DNA of 64,000 bases from Felis catus (lineage: Eukaryota), in the NCBI RefSeq assembly GCF_018350175.1, contig NC_058368.1, positions 77,812,001 to 77,876,000 of the forward strand. Reading direction: 5' to 3'. Position 1 is the first letter of the stretch; the number at the start of each line of letters is the position of its first letter. Positions 1 through 12,984 of this stretch are shown piece by piece. A program made the translations under genes and the position numbers. The notes beneath the pieces are model-generated. The model worked only from the letters and a program-made list of their open reading frames with translations, did not search any database and was not told the DNA's origin.

Positions 1-64
1 AAACTGTGAGATCATGACCTGAGCCGAAGTCAGACCCCAACCAACCAAGTCACCCAGGCGCCCC
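1..64 (-). mobile_element. Can-SINE 5' portion (runs off window start)
   Basis: Reverse complement reads GGGGCGCCTGGGTGAC...CTCAGGTCATGATCTCACAGTTT, the tRNA-derived Can-SINE head. Confidence 0.9.
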
Positions 65-235
65 TGGTTTTGCTCTTGAGAAATCCAAACCTGTTCTGAT
101 TCCTGATACTTTGTATGTCCCTTCTTGCCCTTCTCTGGAAGATTTCAGAATTTTCCTTTCTTCATTAATGATTTGAAATTTTCCAAAAATACATTTAACG
201 GTGGGACTATTTTCATCTTTTTCCAGGAACATTTC

Positions 236-464
236 TTTTTTTTTTTTTTTAATTTTTTTTTCAACGTTTATTTATTTTTGGGACAGAGAGAGACAGAGCA
301 TGAACGGGGGAGGGGCAGAGAGAGAGGGAGACACAGAATCTGAAACAGGCTCCAGGCTCTGAGCCATCAGCCCAAAGCCCGACACGGGGCTCGAACTCAC
401 GGACCGCGAGATCGTGACCTGGTTGAAGTCGGACACTTAACCCACTGCGCCACCCAGGCGCCCC
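236..464 (-). mobile_element. Felid Can-SINE (SINEC_Fc-like), full length
   Basis: Poly-T, (GA)n and head ending CACCCAGGCGCCCC; TSD ccaggaacatttctt (223-237) / ctaggagcatttctt (465-479). Confidence 0.95.
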
Positions 465-2149
465 CTAGGAGCATTTCTTAAACTGTTTCCTTATGATTGC
501 CTTCTTCTTCTCTTTGTCTCTTTTGCTGACCCACCCACGATTTTGCTATAGAAAGAAATAAAGATTCTGAATTTTGACAGGTTAAAAAAATATGTATGTA
601 TATACAAAAATAATATTTACAAAATATATGGTTATTTATAAAAACACAGAATTTATAAAATGTAATATTTATATATGTATCTTTGCAAGAATCACTTTAG
701 TGATATACTTCTTAAACTTGAGAATCTGTGCATATATTTGATGAATAAGTTTCTAGATAATTTTATTAGTACGTTTTATTTCACAAAATATTTTCTTTCA
801 GATCAATGATAATTATGAAGTGTGATTTTATAAAACATACATGATCTCGGTTTCTGAATAATAAATACTTGTTGTGTGTATGGTGGTGTGGCTGGTGACG
901 ATAAAATGCAGTAAAAGTAGCCAATGCAATGATCAGTTTGAGATGGCTGCTATGATTTTAAGTCTAGCTTCCTATAACAAGCACCTCTGGAAATAAACAA
1001 GCTGGTTCTGCCCTTGGCTTAATTGATATTGAACATACACTAGGTTAGCATGTACCACTGTTGCTATTCTTACCTAAAGAGATTCAGGCTTCTTAATGTA
1101 ACATCAGTGACGTGTGTATATATATTCTACAGGGGTTTGTATCCCTGGTTTTCCTGGTACATTACATGGTATTTCAGTCCCTACCCACTGAAATATACTG
1201 CGACTTTCCTCCCACCTGCTCACTCATGTGGCCTTTTCTCTGACTGTTTGTTTCCTTTCCTCATTAACTTTTCCTTTGACCTCCAGTGAAGGAGAGAGGT
1301 GTTCTCCACTCTGTTCCCATAACAAAAACAGGTTCCTTTAATTTTCTATTATCTGCCATAAGGGAATGTGCAGCGATCAGGCCCAAGGACCACATAGGAT
1401 GTAGGTTACATTCTGAACGTATAGAACATACGGTTTTAACTCCCAGGAAATTATTTGAAGATGTGCAACACCCTATGTGTCCTCCAATAAACAATTATCC
1501 TTTCTCTTTTCTAAACAGAATATCGTGTTTGTTTGAATCACTAACACATAAGGACATGGGAGTCAGTCCAATGACCGCAAGATTAATATGGTCACATACA
1601 CAAGAAAATTAGACATAAACCAGAGTTATTTAAGAGATTTAACGGAAACTGCACTTTGGAGTGTCAGTCCACAAAGCTACCACTTACAAGCCGGATACTT
1701 ACAAAGTAGACTCATTGAAAGGTGTTTTAATGCATGGCTGTTGAAGGAAATGAGCTATTTCCTTCTAAATCTTGGATTTGAAGAACTCATTTTTCTGCAT
1801 TCATTTATCAGTTCATACCTGTCGTTTAGCATCATAAATGAAACCTCAAAGAATCAGTGATCAGTGTGTCCAATACAGGCAACAGTTGGAGGAGCTTTTT
1901 AAATTACTGCTCCCTGTGAGAATGTCAACTACCAAAACAGTTCTCATTCTTTATCACCGCAGCAAATAGTATTAAACCAAATATCGATTGAACTGCCACG
2001 TGTTTTTAGCTTGCTTGTACTTTTCACTTGTGACACATGGCAGGTAGGTCTCATACCTATTTCCAGAGCCGCTCAAATGGAGAGTCTCTGCCTCGTGCAT
2101 TGTTCCGTCCGAAGCTCCCAGGTGCCTCTTCCTTCCACTACATTGTATT

Positions 2150-2225
2150 TTTATTATTATCATTATCATCATCATCATTATTATTGTTATGACTCCTACC
2201 ACAGCTACCACAGCTGTCACTACCA
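2150..2225. repeat. (TAT)n/(CAT)n low-complexity repeat
   Basis: ttattattatcattatcatcatcatcattattatt followed by ctaccacag repeats. Confidence 0.7.
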
Positions 2226-2559
2226 CATCAAATCGGGCTGCCTATGAGCTACTATATGGTATAGTAGCTGGCACCCTTAATTAAAAAGAATTTGCCCCCA
2301 AAATAGCCTTCGGAGGGATATATTTTTTCACTTTTCAATGGCTAACAGAGGCCCGGAAAGATAACGCTATTGACTACGGGCGGGCGTACGGAATGTGATG
2401 AGATTGCAACTCAGACTTATTCTGATTTCAGAGACTTAACTTCTCTGTTAGGCACCAATCGCCTTTCAAAGCAGGTTCTTTACAATCAGTTGTTGAAACA
2501 AAGCAAATCAAATAAAGCGTCTCTTCTGTTCTTTCACACCTGGAAATGGATGCAAATAA

Positions 2560-3100
2560 ATTTGGGAAATTACAAGATCAAAGCCTTCACCAAAGGGCAA
2601 AAGCCATCACAGCCTGGGTGGCAAAGGTGAGCAAACAGGAAGTCTTGGGTAAACCCAGGTGCTCACGGGGAGAAAGAAATATCCAAGCATTCTTACAAGA
2701 AATATGAGGGTTTACCTTTCAGATAAGGCCGATAATTTTACGTCAGGGGCAAACAAACGGTCAGTTTTCTGAAGAAGACTTCACAAAGGCAAAGGACGAG
2801 ACCTCTGCGTTTTCTTTTCTTGGAGAAATAAATGAAGTATTGGACACGATCCTGTAGATGACGTTTCAGCCCGGCACGGATTTATTTCGGCAAAGCCTTC
2901 TGCATAGTTGCTCCACTATGGGAAATTACCCGTCATTTATCATCACCTACTTCCTGTTTGCTGGGGCCTCACCACCCAGCTGACAGCCTCCGCCATCTGT
3001 TCTTGGATCACAGTCAGGGACACTAAATACCACGGAACAACAAAGCAACGGTCTCCGTGTTTATTATTTGCCACGGCCATATACCAACCTCATAAACACA
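2560..3100. promoter_or_regulatory. Candidate enhancer with two FOX:ETS composite motifs plus GATA, NF-kB-like and forkhead sites
   Basis: AGCAAACAGGAAGT at 2630-2643 and its exact reverse complement at 2949-2962; AGATAA 2721; GGGAAATTACCC 2920; no recognisable repeat; motif evidence only. Confidence 0.35.
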
Positions 3101-3516
3101 CTGTATGGTATTCCATTACTTCGCTCCCTCCTTGCACAGAATCCCTTCTGCCGGGGACAAATATCAGTACTCTGAAATCTCAAAGTATCTATTTAATTAC
3201 TTTTGATCATTTGTTCAGCACTGGAATGCTTGCATGTGATAGGATTTAAAGGTAATGCTCTAAAACATCCAATGTGAAAACTCAGGCTCTAGACAGATGC
3301 CTGTCACCTCAGCGGGGGACAAGAGGTACTCAAGCTGTAACGTTCATCTTACACTTACAGAGTGTAGAAGGTTGTGTGTGAAGGAAGGGGAGGAGGGACA
3401 AGGCCCCTGGTGATACCATGGTGGTCTTGAAAAGCGCTAAAGAGGGAAGGGCAGGTCTGCAGTTGCAACTCCGTGGAACCTTAACCTCACTCTCCCCATT
3501 TAGAAAGTAAGGTGGA

Positions 3517-3728
3517 GGGGCACCTGGGTGGCTCAGTCGGTTAAGCACCTGACTTTGGCCCAGGTCATGATCTCGCGGTTCATGGGTTCGAGCCCTGCGT
3601 TGGGCTCTGTGCTGACAGCTCAAGCCTGGAGCCTGTTTTGGATTCTGTGTCTCCCTCTCTCTCTGCCCCTTCCCGCTCATGCTCTGTCTCTCTCTGTCTC
3701 TCAAAAATGAATAAACGTTAAAAAAATT
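3517..3728 (+). mobile_element. Felid Can-SINE, full length
   Basis: GGGGCACCTGGGTGGCTCAG head, CT-rich tract, A tail; perfect TSD ttagaaagtaaggtgga (3500-3516 / 3727-3743). Confidence 0.95.
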
Positions 3729-4899
3729 AGAAAGTAAGGTGGATATCCATCCTACCGACTTCACAGACTGGTTATTAAGAGAGTAAACACGTAGTCCTTT
3801 TCTCCTTCATTAACGAGAATCCCAGTGGTCCATGTGGCTTAAAGACATAGGCATCCAAAGTGTGAATGTCATAGGGATTTTGGATTCCACGTGGCTCCAG
3901 TGCTGAATGCAATGGCTCCAACATGGTGCCGGAACACCAGAATGTTGGGGTCCATGTCCAATTATTGTGTTGGCTATTTAAATAAATAATTGTATTTAGG
4001 TATTTATGGGGGTAGGTTATTTAACTGACATTTTAGGAATATACTTTGAGAAAGCCATCACTCGGAGATGACACAGTTACCCAGAGCTCTCCTAAGTAGA
4101 TGTTCGCTATGAATGAGTTTATAAAATGCATTAGAGCGAGTGGCACAGACACATGTAAGGATACTGCCCATGGAACTACTACCAAATCACCAAAAATCAC
4201 CAAGAGCACTTTCACATTTGCCCATTATCCACATCCTGCCGAGCCTTCCCCCGTGGCTCTGAGGTTCAAGACGGATGGAGACGTGCGAGGGAGACCCAGG
4301 CATGTCACAAGACTGAGAAATCTTTCTATCTGAATTCCAGGGACTGGGGTGCTTTCCTCAGCCATGCGTGGATCCTGCAGAAGCAGAAGACTTAAAAACT
4401 ATGTTGTGCAAAAGTCAGTGCTCAGTGTATTCGAAAAGTCAGTTACCAACTTAGAAAACGTACATTCTCCTGAGCTATATTTTTCGGGATAATCCTTCCC
4501 CATTTCAATCACACTTTATTTTTAAATCCCAGTTTCTCCGTAAAGGAGTAAGGTTTCAAATATGAATGTTGGTTTTGAGGTGGCAACTGTTGCCGAAAGG
4601 TCAATTCAGTCCGCTGCTCCTGGGCAGAGGGGGTGAGGAGAAAGGACAGAGGGAGAATGGATAAAAGGCAGGCCCATTTACAAGGGCATCTGAGAACGTG
4701 ACGCACTTGTACCTGATATTAGGGGAGAAGGCCAGCCACCAGGATGGAAAGGGACTGAGACGTACCTTGTTTGGGATAACTGAGGCATGTGCATGGCTCC
4801 GAGCAGTAACTTTTGTCATTATTACTGCTTTCACATGACTGCAGCCTCTATTTTTGCTTCTCCCTGGACGTAGGGGGAGGTCAAATAGACATGGGTGCG

Positions 4900-5010
4900 T
4901 CCCTGCTGGACTGGGAAGCACACGGGGACATGGTCTCTGTCCCTATGTCCCGCATCTTCAGAGCAGAGCACAAGCAATGTGTTGAAGCAGTGAGTGAATG
5001 GATGCATGAA
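4900..5010 (+). mobile_element. L2 3' end fragment
   Basis: Ends aatgtgttgaagcagtgagtgaatggatgcatgaatga, typical of an L2 tail. Confidence 0.45.
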
Positions 5011-8000
5011 TGACCGAATGACCATAAATAAAGATGTTCCTGCTGGCTCGCACGAGGCTTCAATCCCAGTGACTTGTTGACTTGAGCTACCATAGTCCAC
5101 CCAGCAAGGGCTGTCCCCACATCCAGGAGGCATGTCATCGACACCCTCCTTCACTCTCTCACGATGATCTCATCCAAGAGCTTCCCAAAGTAGAGTGTGA
5201 GTGCTGGGCCACTATTGACATACATGTTCCAGCTGAGATTTAAGGTACAAAGAGCCTTCAGAGCAATCAGCTTATCAACTAAGTTAACAGTCCACATCAC
5301 GTGAGACACTTTTAGCCTCTGACTTGATACAATAGGACAATGTACCTGGCTATCTTGTAAGTTCTAGAAAGAGTGAGTCGACAAACATCACCATCACAGC
5401 CAAAGGCATCTAAGATGTCTGAAGGCCCTGAGGAAAGTCCTAGATCACTGGACCAGTTAAGCACACCTGGACAAGCACACCTGGAAAAACAAAAAAACAA
5501 AAAAAGAGAGACAGCCCCCAAATAATTAGGAGTGAAAAAGGGACCTGAGATACGATGGTTTTGCACAAATGGAACAGAGAACGGAGTCATCGAAGAGCCA
5601 TCGGCCCGTTATGCTTTTTTGATGAAGGCTGCCTTGGTACTGATAAATCTTGTCAGTCGTGAGTGGAAAAGGAAAGACAACATGACTAAATTTCCCTTGA
5701 ACGATTTCTGTTGTGTACTCCAAGGATTTTTAATTTCTACATCTGCATAATTTTGGCTGCTGCAGAAAAAGTAATGTCTTTTTAATTTTTGTTTTTTTCT
5801 GAATGGGGTATATACTTGGCACCACGCTGATGACATTCTGCATGTGTATAAAACTGAATCAATCATATTTTCCAGGAGGAATGAAAAAAGAGAAAGTGAG
5901 CCAAAGCTTTAAACGCACCGCGAGCGAGCAAACTTCCATAAATGGCAGTATCACAACTTGGTGTCATTTTAACAGATTAAGCATTTAAAAATGCCAAAAT
6001 GATCCAACTGAATCAAAGGCTAGGGCACATTTCTGCCCCAAAATAATTTAATTACAATCCATTTTAATTGAAAATTTGCCTAAAATATTCAGGACAGAAA
6101 ATAGCAAACAGGTTACTGCCAAGATATTTTGGACCACGGATTTTTGTTCATGGTGTCTCTCCCTCTCTGTCTCTGTCTCTCTCCCTCCCCCCTCTCCCTC
6201 TGTCCCTCTCACAAGAAATTTTTGGTTACGTTTCTAGGTTACAAGAGAAGCCAAAAGCAAATTCCAACTGTCTAAATTCCGGTAGCATTTTACTAAACAT
6301 CAGCTAAAATGATTTCTGTTGTAATTAATTGATTTAGGAAAATAATTCCTAAATTTTTTTATGAGTTTACAAGTACACTGAATCATGCCATATTTAATTA
6401 AGTTTGGGGAAATTTTAAAATTTTGTTTTATGAATTTGCTTTCATATATAAACATTACCAGTGGCTTCAGGGTAGATGATCTCTCCAAGATTTTTTTTTC
6501 CTCCTGCATAGTAGAGAATTACTGGTATTTGCCCCTAAACATTAAATTAGGGTTATTAGAGTACATCTGCCAGTGCTTAGTTTTTGTAACATTTAATAAA
6601 ATACCTCTAAATTCTGTGTAATTAAGCTGCAATTGTGAAAGGAAACATTAAAGTAAAATATTTCCAAAACACAACCCCTGTGTAATTAGACACTGATTAA
6701 GGAGGTAGATTATCTAGTAAACTAGTTTCTTCATTGATTGCCTGATTTGGGGAAATTCCCCCGAGGGAATTACACTGGGCATGCAATATTTGCTTAAACT
6801 TATAACATCAGGCAGGATGACCAAACAGATCACATATTTAGACCAGCTGGATTATTGACATCTTGGCTGAAAGAAGGTAGTGGTATAGCCTCTTCCGCAC
6901 TTCTGTCTCTATGAGTTAACGGGCTAATAGTCAGTCTCTCTTTAACTTGAATGGAATTAAATTTTGTTCCTACTCCTGTACTCTGCCGGCAAAAAAAAAA
7001 AAAAAAAGGCAGTAGAGATACATCAAGATTATCATTATAATAATCACAAGTACTGTTTTGACAAATATTCTTATTATGAGAAATACCACCCTCATATAGT
7101 TCGAAAATGTTTAACCTTTGTCATGTAACAATAAAGAAAATGACTTAATATCTTTCATGAATGATAACAATTCCATGAAAATTACAACATTCGACATCTG
7201 ATTTGTAAAATGAGAGTTTTATTTGCATGATTTCTTCTTATAGGAAACAGAAATGAGTTCATTAACCTCTTGATTTTCAAAATATGTTAGAGTTGTTTAG
7301 GCAAAAAAAACTGTAACATACTATATTCAGGATTATTATTGTGCTATGTGGCATTTTATTGCCTTAAATATCATGTGCCGGATAAGTCTGTTCATTGGTT
7401 CAAAGAAAATTAAGTTGCTTGAATTATAGATTATTAATTATATTATCTTCATAGCTATTAATCATAAATACAAAAAATCTTTCTAGGGTACAATAGCATA
7501 CAGTAAAATGGAACCATTTTGTGTATTTGGCGACATCAAAAAATATTTGGAACACAGAAAAAATTGTTATTTAAAATAGGAGTCCTTCTCAGAGGTTAGG
7601 AACAAGCTTCAACCATTCATAAATCCTTTCTTTACCTATTTATACATCGATCACTTGTGAGTTTCTCTAAGCTGTGTTTTGGTAGCAAGAAACGAGGATC
7701 ATTTTAATTGTTTTCTCAGTAAGAAGTTCAGGCTATGTTTGTCTGGTCACAGCAAGAACTTCAATGGACCCAAGTACTTTCTTCGTGTGTGCTTTTGGTA
7801 TCTCTCCCACTCATCAGTTATGTACTTTTCACTGCCTCCTGTAATATGGCCTTATTTCACAGACACCTGGAAACCCCTGAACATCACCTATACTTGACTG
7901 ATAAACTGTGAAGTCATGGGGTTCGCATGACAAGTTTCTAAGCCTACAATTATAAAACTGTGTAAGAGCATCTATAAAGACTGTTCTAAAACTTGTTGAA

Positions 8001-8134
8001 TGTGAGTGAAATTGAGATGCAGAGAGGAAAGAGACCCACCAGTGGGCTGAATACCTCGTGAGATTAATAAGAATGAGAAAAAACAACAGAATTCACATCA
8101 AGATAATTCCATATTTCAATGTTCCCAAGTATTT

Positions 8135-8353
8135 ATTTTATTTTATTTGTTTAACCTTTATTCATTTTTCAGAGACAGAGACAGAGCGTGAACGGGGGAG
8201 GGTCAGAGAGAGAGGGAGACACAGAATCCGAAGCAGGCTCCAGGCTCTGAGCTGTCAGCACAGAGCCCAATGTGGGGCTCGAACTCACGGACCGCGAGAT
8301 CATGAGCTGAGCCAAAGTCGGATGCTGAACCAACTGAGCCACCCAGGCGCTCC
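8135..8353 (-). mobile_element. Felid Can-SINE, full length
   Basis: T-rich tail, (GA)n, head ...CACCCAGGCGCTCC; TSD ccaagtattt (8125-8134 / 8354-8363). Confidence 0.95.
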
Positions 8354-9699
8354 CCAAGTATTTTTTATATAACCAAAATATATTTACATAGACATCCTGG
8401 TAAATTTATGGTTATTTAGAACTGAAAACCAAGAAGAAACCGTCTAGTGAATGTAAGGTGGGCAGGAGTAAGAGACGGAATGTGGATGGAATATTCCAGA
8501 AACCTCTTCCCTACCATGACCTGAGTAAATGCAGTGACAAAAGAACAGCAATTATCACTTGAGTGTCCGAGTTTAGTATCTACCTCTGCGACATAATTGG
8601 CTGAAGGCGGTCAGCACCGTTGCAGGTTTCCTCACAAACCCATGGAAATACTCGAGGGCACTGAGGAACTAAGTTTTCGATGAATGACGACGTGCAAATA
8701 TAAAATGTGAGTAGGGCATTTTTACTTACTTCATCACACTTGCCAATTAAATGCCAGATGCAACATAAGAAGTAATTCATATTCATTTTCTTTTAGTTTT
8801 TATTTCAAGGGTGACTTTATTTCCAAATGACTCCAGTGTAATTAGATTTAGGTATGACTGATTTTATATCTCTCCCCACTGGGGAAGGAAGAAAGCCACT
8901 TTCTTTTCTTCAACTCCTTGGAGTTGGAGAATCGTAGATAAACACTGACTTCGTTCTGAGGGGAACAAACTATGAAAAAAATAAAAGCTTGTTGATTGAC
9001 TCTCAGTATCATTTTTTCAACTATGTAAATTTCAACAAATTAGAACCCCTGATAGTTTCTAAAAATTAAACTTGGTCTGCACATTTTCCCTAACAATTAA
9101 CCCATGTGAAAGAAGGATTATTTCTGACGTATTATAGGTGGATGGAGATCCTATAGCCTGTGGCACAGGTAGCAGTAGGTAACTGACAACCTTTGCCCTA
9201 TAATTTCAAATTCAAATATTTATCTAACCAAATGCAAAGATTTCACTTCCTTGTTCTTGTATTCAATGTTTCTTGCAAAATGCAATACTGTGACCCCATT
9301 TCTTTTTGGTCAAAAAAGAAACAGAAGAATATTTGTATTTGCATGCATGTGTGTATCTGAACAACAAAAACATTTTTTATTTCTTAGAAAAGGCCAAATG
9401 AAAGCATTTTAACTATTTCTAAGCCTTCTAATTGGTCTATATACCTAAAAATATACTAATAAATTGTGCTGGAATCTCACTGAAAGAAGGAATTAAAATT
9501 ATTTGTAATCTACTTCACAATGTTACATTTGCTATCACGTGCATGAAAGAAAAGAATCAAGAATGACAAAACTAGCTAAGCTATGGACAGATCAAAAATC
9601 CTACTGATAAGTTTGTGATTACCATCATCAAGTATATATTTTTTCTAGCAAAAAGAATCCATTTTAAAGAATACTTTAATATATTATCCCAATTATTTT

Positions 9700-9914
9700 T
9701 TTAATTTTTTTAATGTTTATTTATTTTTGAAGGAGAGAGAGGCAGAGTGTGAGTGGGGGAGGGGCAGAGAGAGAAGGAGACACAGAATTCAAAGCAGGCT
9801 CCAGGCTGGGAGCTGTCAGCACAGAGCCTGACATAGGGCTCGAACTCACAAACCACGAGATCGTGACCTGAGCCGAAGTCGGACACTCAACCGACTGAGC
9901 CACCCAGGCGTCTC
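9700..9914 (-). mobile_element. Felid Can-SINE, full length
   Basis: Canonical body; TSD ccaattatttt / ccaactatttt. Confidence 0.95.
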
Positions 9915-10011
9915 CCAACTATTTTTAATATGTTGTGCCAGTTTCATAAAAAGTATGACTTGTCCTTTGACATTATTTATATCACTAATATTTAAAAATA
10001 ATAATTTATTT

Positions 10012-10231
10012 GGGGCGCCTGGGTGGCTCAGTCAGTTAGGCATCCGACTTCGGCTCAGGTCGTGATCTCACAGTGAGTTCGAGCTCCGCACTGGGCTTTG
10101 TACTGACAGCTTAGAGCCTGGAGCCTGTTTCAGATCCTGTGTCTCCCTCTCTCTCTGCCTCTCCCCCACTCGTGCTCTGTCTCCCTCTCTCTCTCTCTCT
10201 CTCAAAAATAAATAAACATTAAAAAAATATT
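10012..10231 (+). mobile_element. Felid Can-SINE, full length
   Basis: GGGGCGCCTGGGTGGCTCAG head, (CT)n, AATAAA and A tail; degenerate TSD ataatttattt / ataagttattt. Confidence 0.95.
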
Positions 10232-11684
10232 AGATCATAAGTTATTTAACTCCAAGAAGAAAGGATGAAAGGGGATAAAATTACCATGACATATAAAACC
10301 AGTAAGTTCTATTAGCAGAGAGAAAACTGTAGAGGCAACTGCATTTCATGGCAGAAATAATAAGATGCTTTGATTTGGTTTGACCTAGGTTCATCTTGAT
10401 GTATTTGGAATTAAAATTCTATTTAAAAAATATGTACACGTTTTTAAGTTAGCATCATTAAGCTCTGAAAATCAGTAGCTATGCAGGTCTACCCAAATAG
10501 TTCACACATTTCTAAAGAATCTGCATGACTTTTAACAGTATTTGTAGTTACTAGTAAATCCTAAAAAATATACATAGAAATGAAAACCTCCAGGATTCAA
10601 GCCATCTGTCTTTACATGACATTCATACATATTTTTATGTCCTTTTGCCCAATTCAAAATTTTTAATATTGTTGGCATTTTGGTAATACCTAAAAATATT
10701 ACCAAGTATATGTCTTCTATAGATATGTAAAAATAGTCTGTAACACTATTGAGGTCTTCAGCAAATGTGATCTTTTAACAGACACAATTCTAAATGTATA
10801 AGACAATAATGTTAAGAATTAAGAATACGTCCTTAATAGAATATATATTTGGCTAGTTTTTTCATTAATTGTCTATGCAACAGGTTCCAAATAAAGAGAT
10901 ACTCAACACATTTACGATCACCAATTTAATCTGGGAAGTTAAATTTTAAGAACATTTTAAGTTATATATCATATTGTACAAAATCGTATTTCATGTTTCA
11001 TGGTGTCTATAATTTTAATGTAACTTTTTAGTCCCCAAATTTGTTATAATGCTTGAGACATAGTACATATTGAAAAATGTTTCCTGAATTAAATTTTACA
11101 TAGAATCTGGTCACGAGCCTACAGTTACCACAACTTCCCACGGACGTAAAATGGCTTTTAATCAATTCAGCTAGTCCATGATAAAACCTAAATGAAAGGA
11201 TACAAACACATGAAACTTTAGAGCCGTGAGAGCCCTAAGACCACCTCCCACACTCTGTCCCTTGCACCACTCAACAAATGCCAACAATGAGATCCAATGA
11301 GGCTAAGTGATGGGTTTAAGCTACATACATCGTTTGCTTGAGATTACACATGACATGACAGCATGAATAACAGTAAAATGGCTGTTTAATGGCATCACTT
11401 ACAGATCAAGGGAAAAAAATCAGTTTTGACCAAAGACCGATTTGGATTGTCCCTGGTATGCTTCCCCCAGGGAAACAGCAGAAGAGAAATGGAAAATCAC
11501 ATTTGTTTGAAGACTATCATAACTCAGGTACCCTATAAGATCTTTTAAAATATATGTAATCTTTACAACAATATATATGAAGAGTTTGGGGCCAGCAATA
11601 GAAGCTCAAGAATACTGAGCTTCGGGTCCTCAGGTAGAAAGACAAATGTGCATCTAATAAAACTTTCTTATTCTGAAAAAGGAA

Positions 11685-11998
11685 TGCATTGGTCTGAATG
11701 TTTGTGTGCCCCCCGAAATCCATATGTTGGAATCCTAACCCCCAAAAGTGATGGCATTAGGAGGCAGGGGCTTTGGGAGGTGTTTAAGTCATGAAGGGGG
11801 AGCCTTCGTAAGTGGGATTAGTGCCTTCTTCCAGGTAAGGGTGCAACAAGAAGTCTGTGACCTGGAAAACGCCTCTCAACCAACCACGCTGGCACCTTAA
11901 TCTTAGACTTGTAGCTTCCAAAACTGTGAGAAATGAATTTGTCTATAAGCCACCCAGTCTGTGGTATATTGTTATAGCAGCCCAAATAGACCAAGACG
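11685..11998 (+). mobile_element. MaLR solo LTR (MLT1A-like)
   Basis: Starts tgcattggtctgaatgtttgtgtgcccccc; ends aagccacccagtctgtggtatattgttatagcagcc...aagac, matching recalled MLT1A termini. Confidence 0.85.
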
Positions 11999-12222
11999 CT
12001 GACTTTATCTCAACCTTCTAGATGAAGATCATTCATCCATCTGTCTTCATAACCAAATTTCTCAAAACTGTCCACTTAAATGAGTTCTTTTCTTCACTTT
12101 CTAGTTCACTGAAATTGGGCTGAAAGTGGGCTCTTGGACCCACTAACCTACTGAAACAGACTCACTGAATGGATACTACTGTTTTTATTTTAAGTAATAT
12201 CCCTTCTACAATGATATTGGGG

Positions 12223-12638
12223 TTTTTTCTTTTTCTTTTTCTTAATTTAAATTTTAGTTAGTTAACATACAGTACAATATTAGTTTCAGAGCACAATTCT
12301 GTGATTCATCACTTACATACAACACTCAGTGTTCATCACAAGTACCCTCCTTAATACCCTTAATAGCCCATCTCTCACCCACCTTCCTCCATCAACCCTC
12401 AGTTTATTCTCTGTCGGTCATTAAGAGTCTCTTGTGGTTTGTTTTCCTCTCTTCGCTTTTTTTTGCCCTGTTCCCATGCTTTCATAAATTTTGTTTCTTA
12501 AATTCCACATATGAGTAAAATTAGCATTTGTCTTTCTCTGATTGACTTACTTCACTTAGCATAATATGTTCCAGCTCCATCCACGTTGTTACAAATGGCA
12601 AGATTTCACTCTTTTTGATGGCTGAGTAATATTACTAT

Positions 12639-12671
<33 letters not shown>

Positions 12672-12976
12672 TACACACACACACACACACCACATCTTTA
12701 TCCATTCATCTGCCACTGGACATTTGGGCTCTCTCAAAGTTTGGGTATTGTTGACAGTGCTACTATAAACACTGGAGTGCATGTGCTCCTTTGAATCTGT
12801 ATTTTTGTATCCTTTGGGTAAATACCTAAGAGTTCAATTGTTGGATTGTAGGTAGTTCTATTTTTAACTTTTTGAGGAACCTCCATACTGTTCTCCCAAA
12901 TGGCTACACCAGTTTGCATTCCCACCAACAGTGCAAGAGGGTTCGCCTTTCCTTCCCTCTCCTCGCCAACACCTGC
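12223..12976 (-). mobile_element. 5'-truncated carnivore L1 (ORF2 C-terminus and 3' UTR)
   Basis: Minus-strand peptide [14 protein letters not shown]...TCTPVFIVALSTI resembles the L1 ORF2p C-terminus; carnivore 3' UTR and T-rich tail; internal (CA)n. Confidence 0.9.
12639..12690. repeat. (CA)n microsatellite inside the L1
   Basis: Direct observation. Confidence 0.95.
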
Positions 12977-12984
12977 TGATATCG

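Noticed and set aside
3912..3955. Stem-loop atggctccaacatggtg...caccagaatgttggggtccat as a pre-miRNA
   Set aside because: Only about 17 bp of bulged stem over ~44 nt, too short for a typical pre-miRNA, and no known mature sequence recognised
8584..8660. Minus-strand 77-nt exon candidate
   Set aside because: Weak donor (GAG|gtagat), short pyrimidine tract, unrecognised peptide
12734..12928. ORF2-like peptide as a functional reverse transcriptase gene
   Set aside because: Short, frameshifted C-terminal remnant of a 5'-truncated L1 with no RT or endonuclease domain
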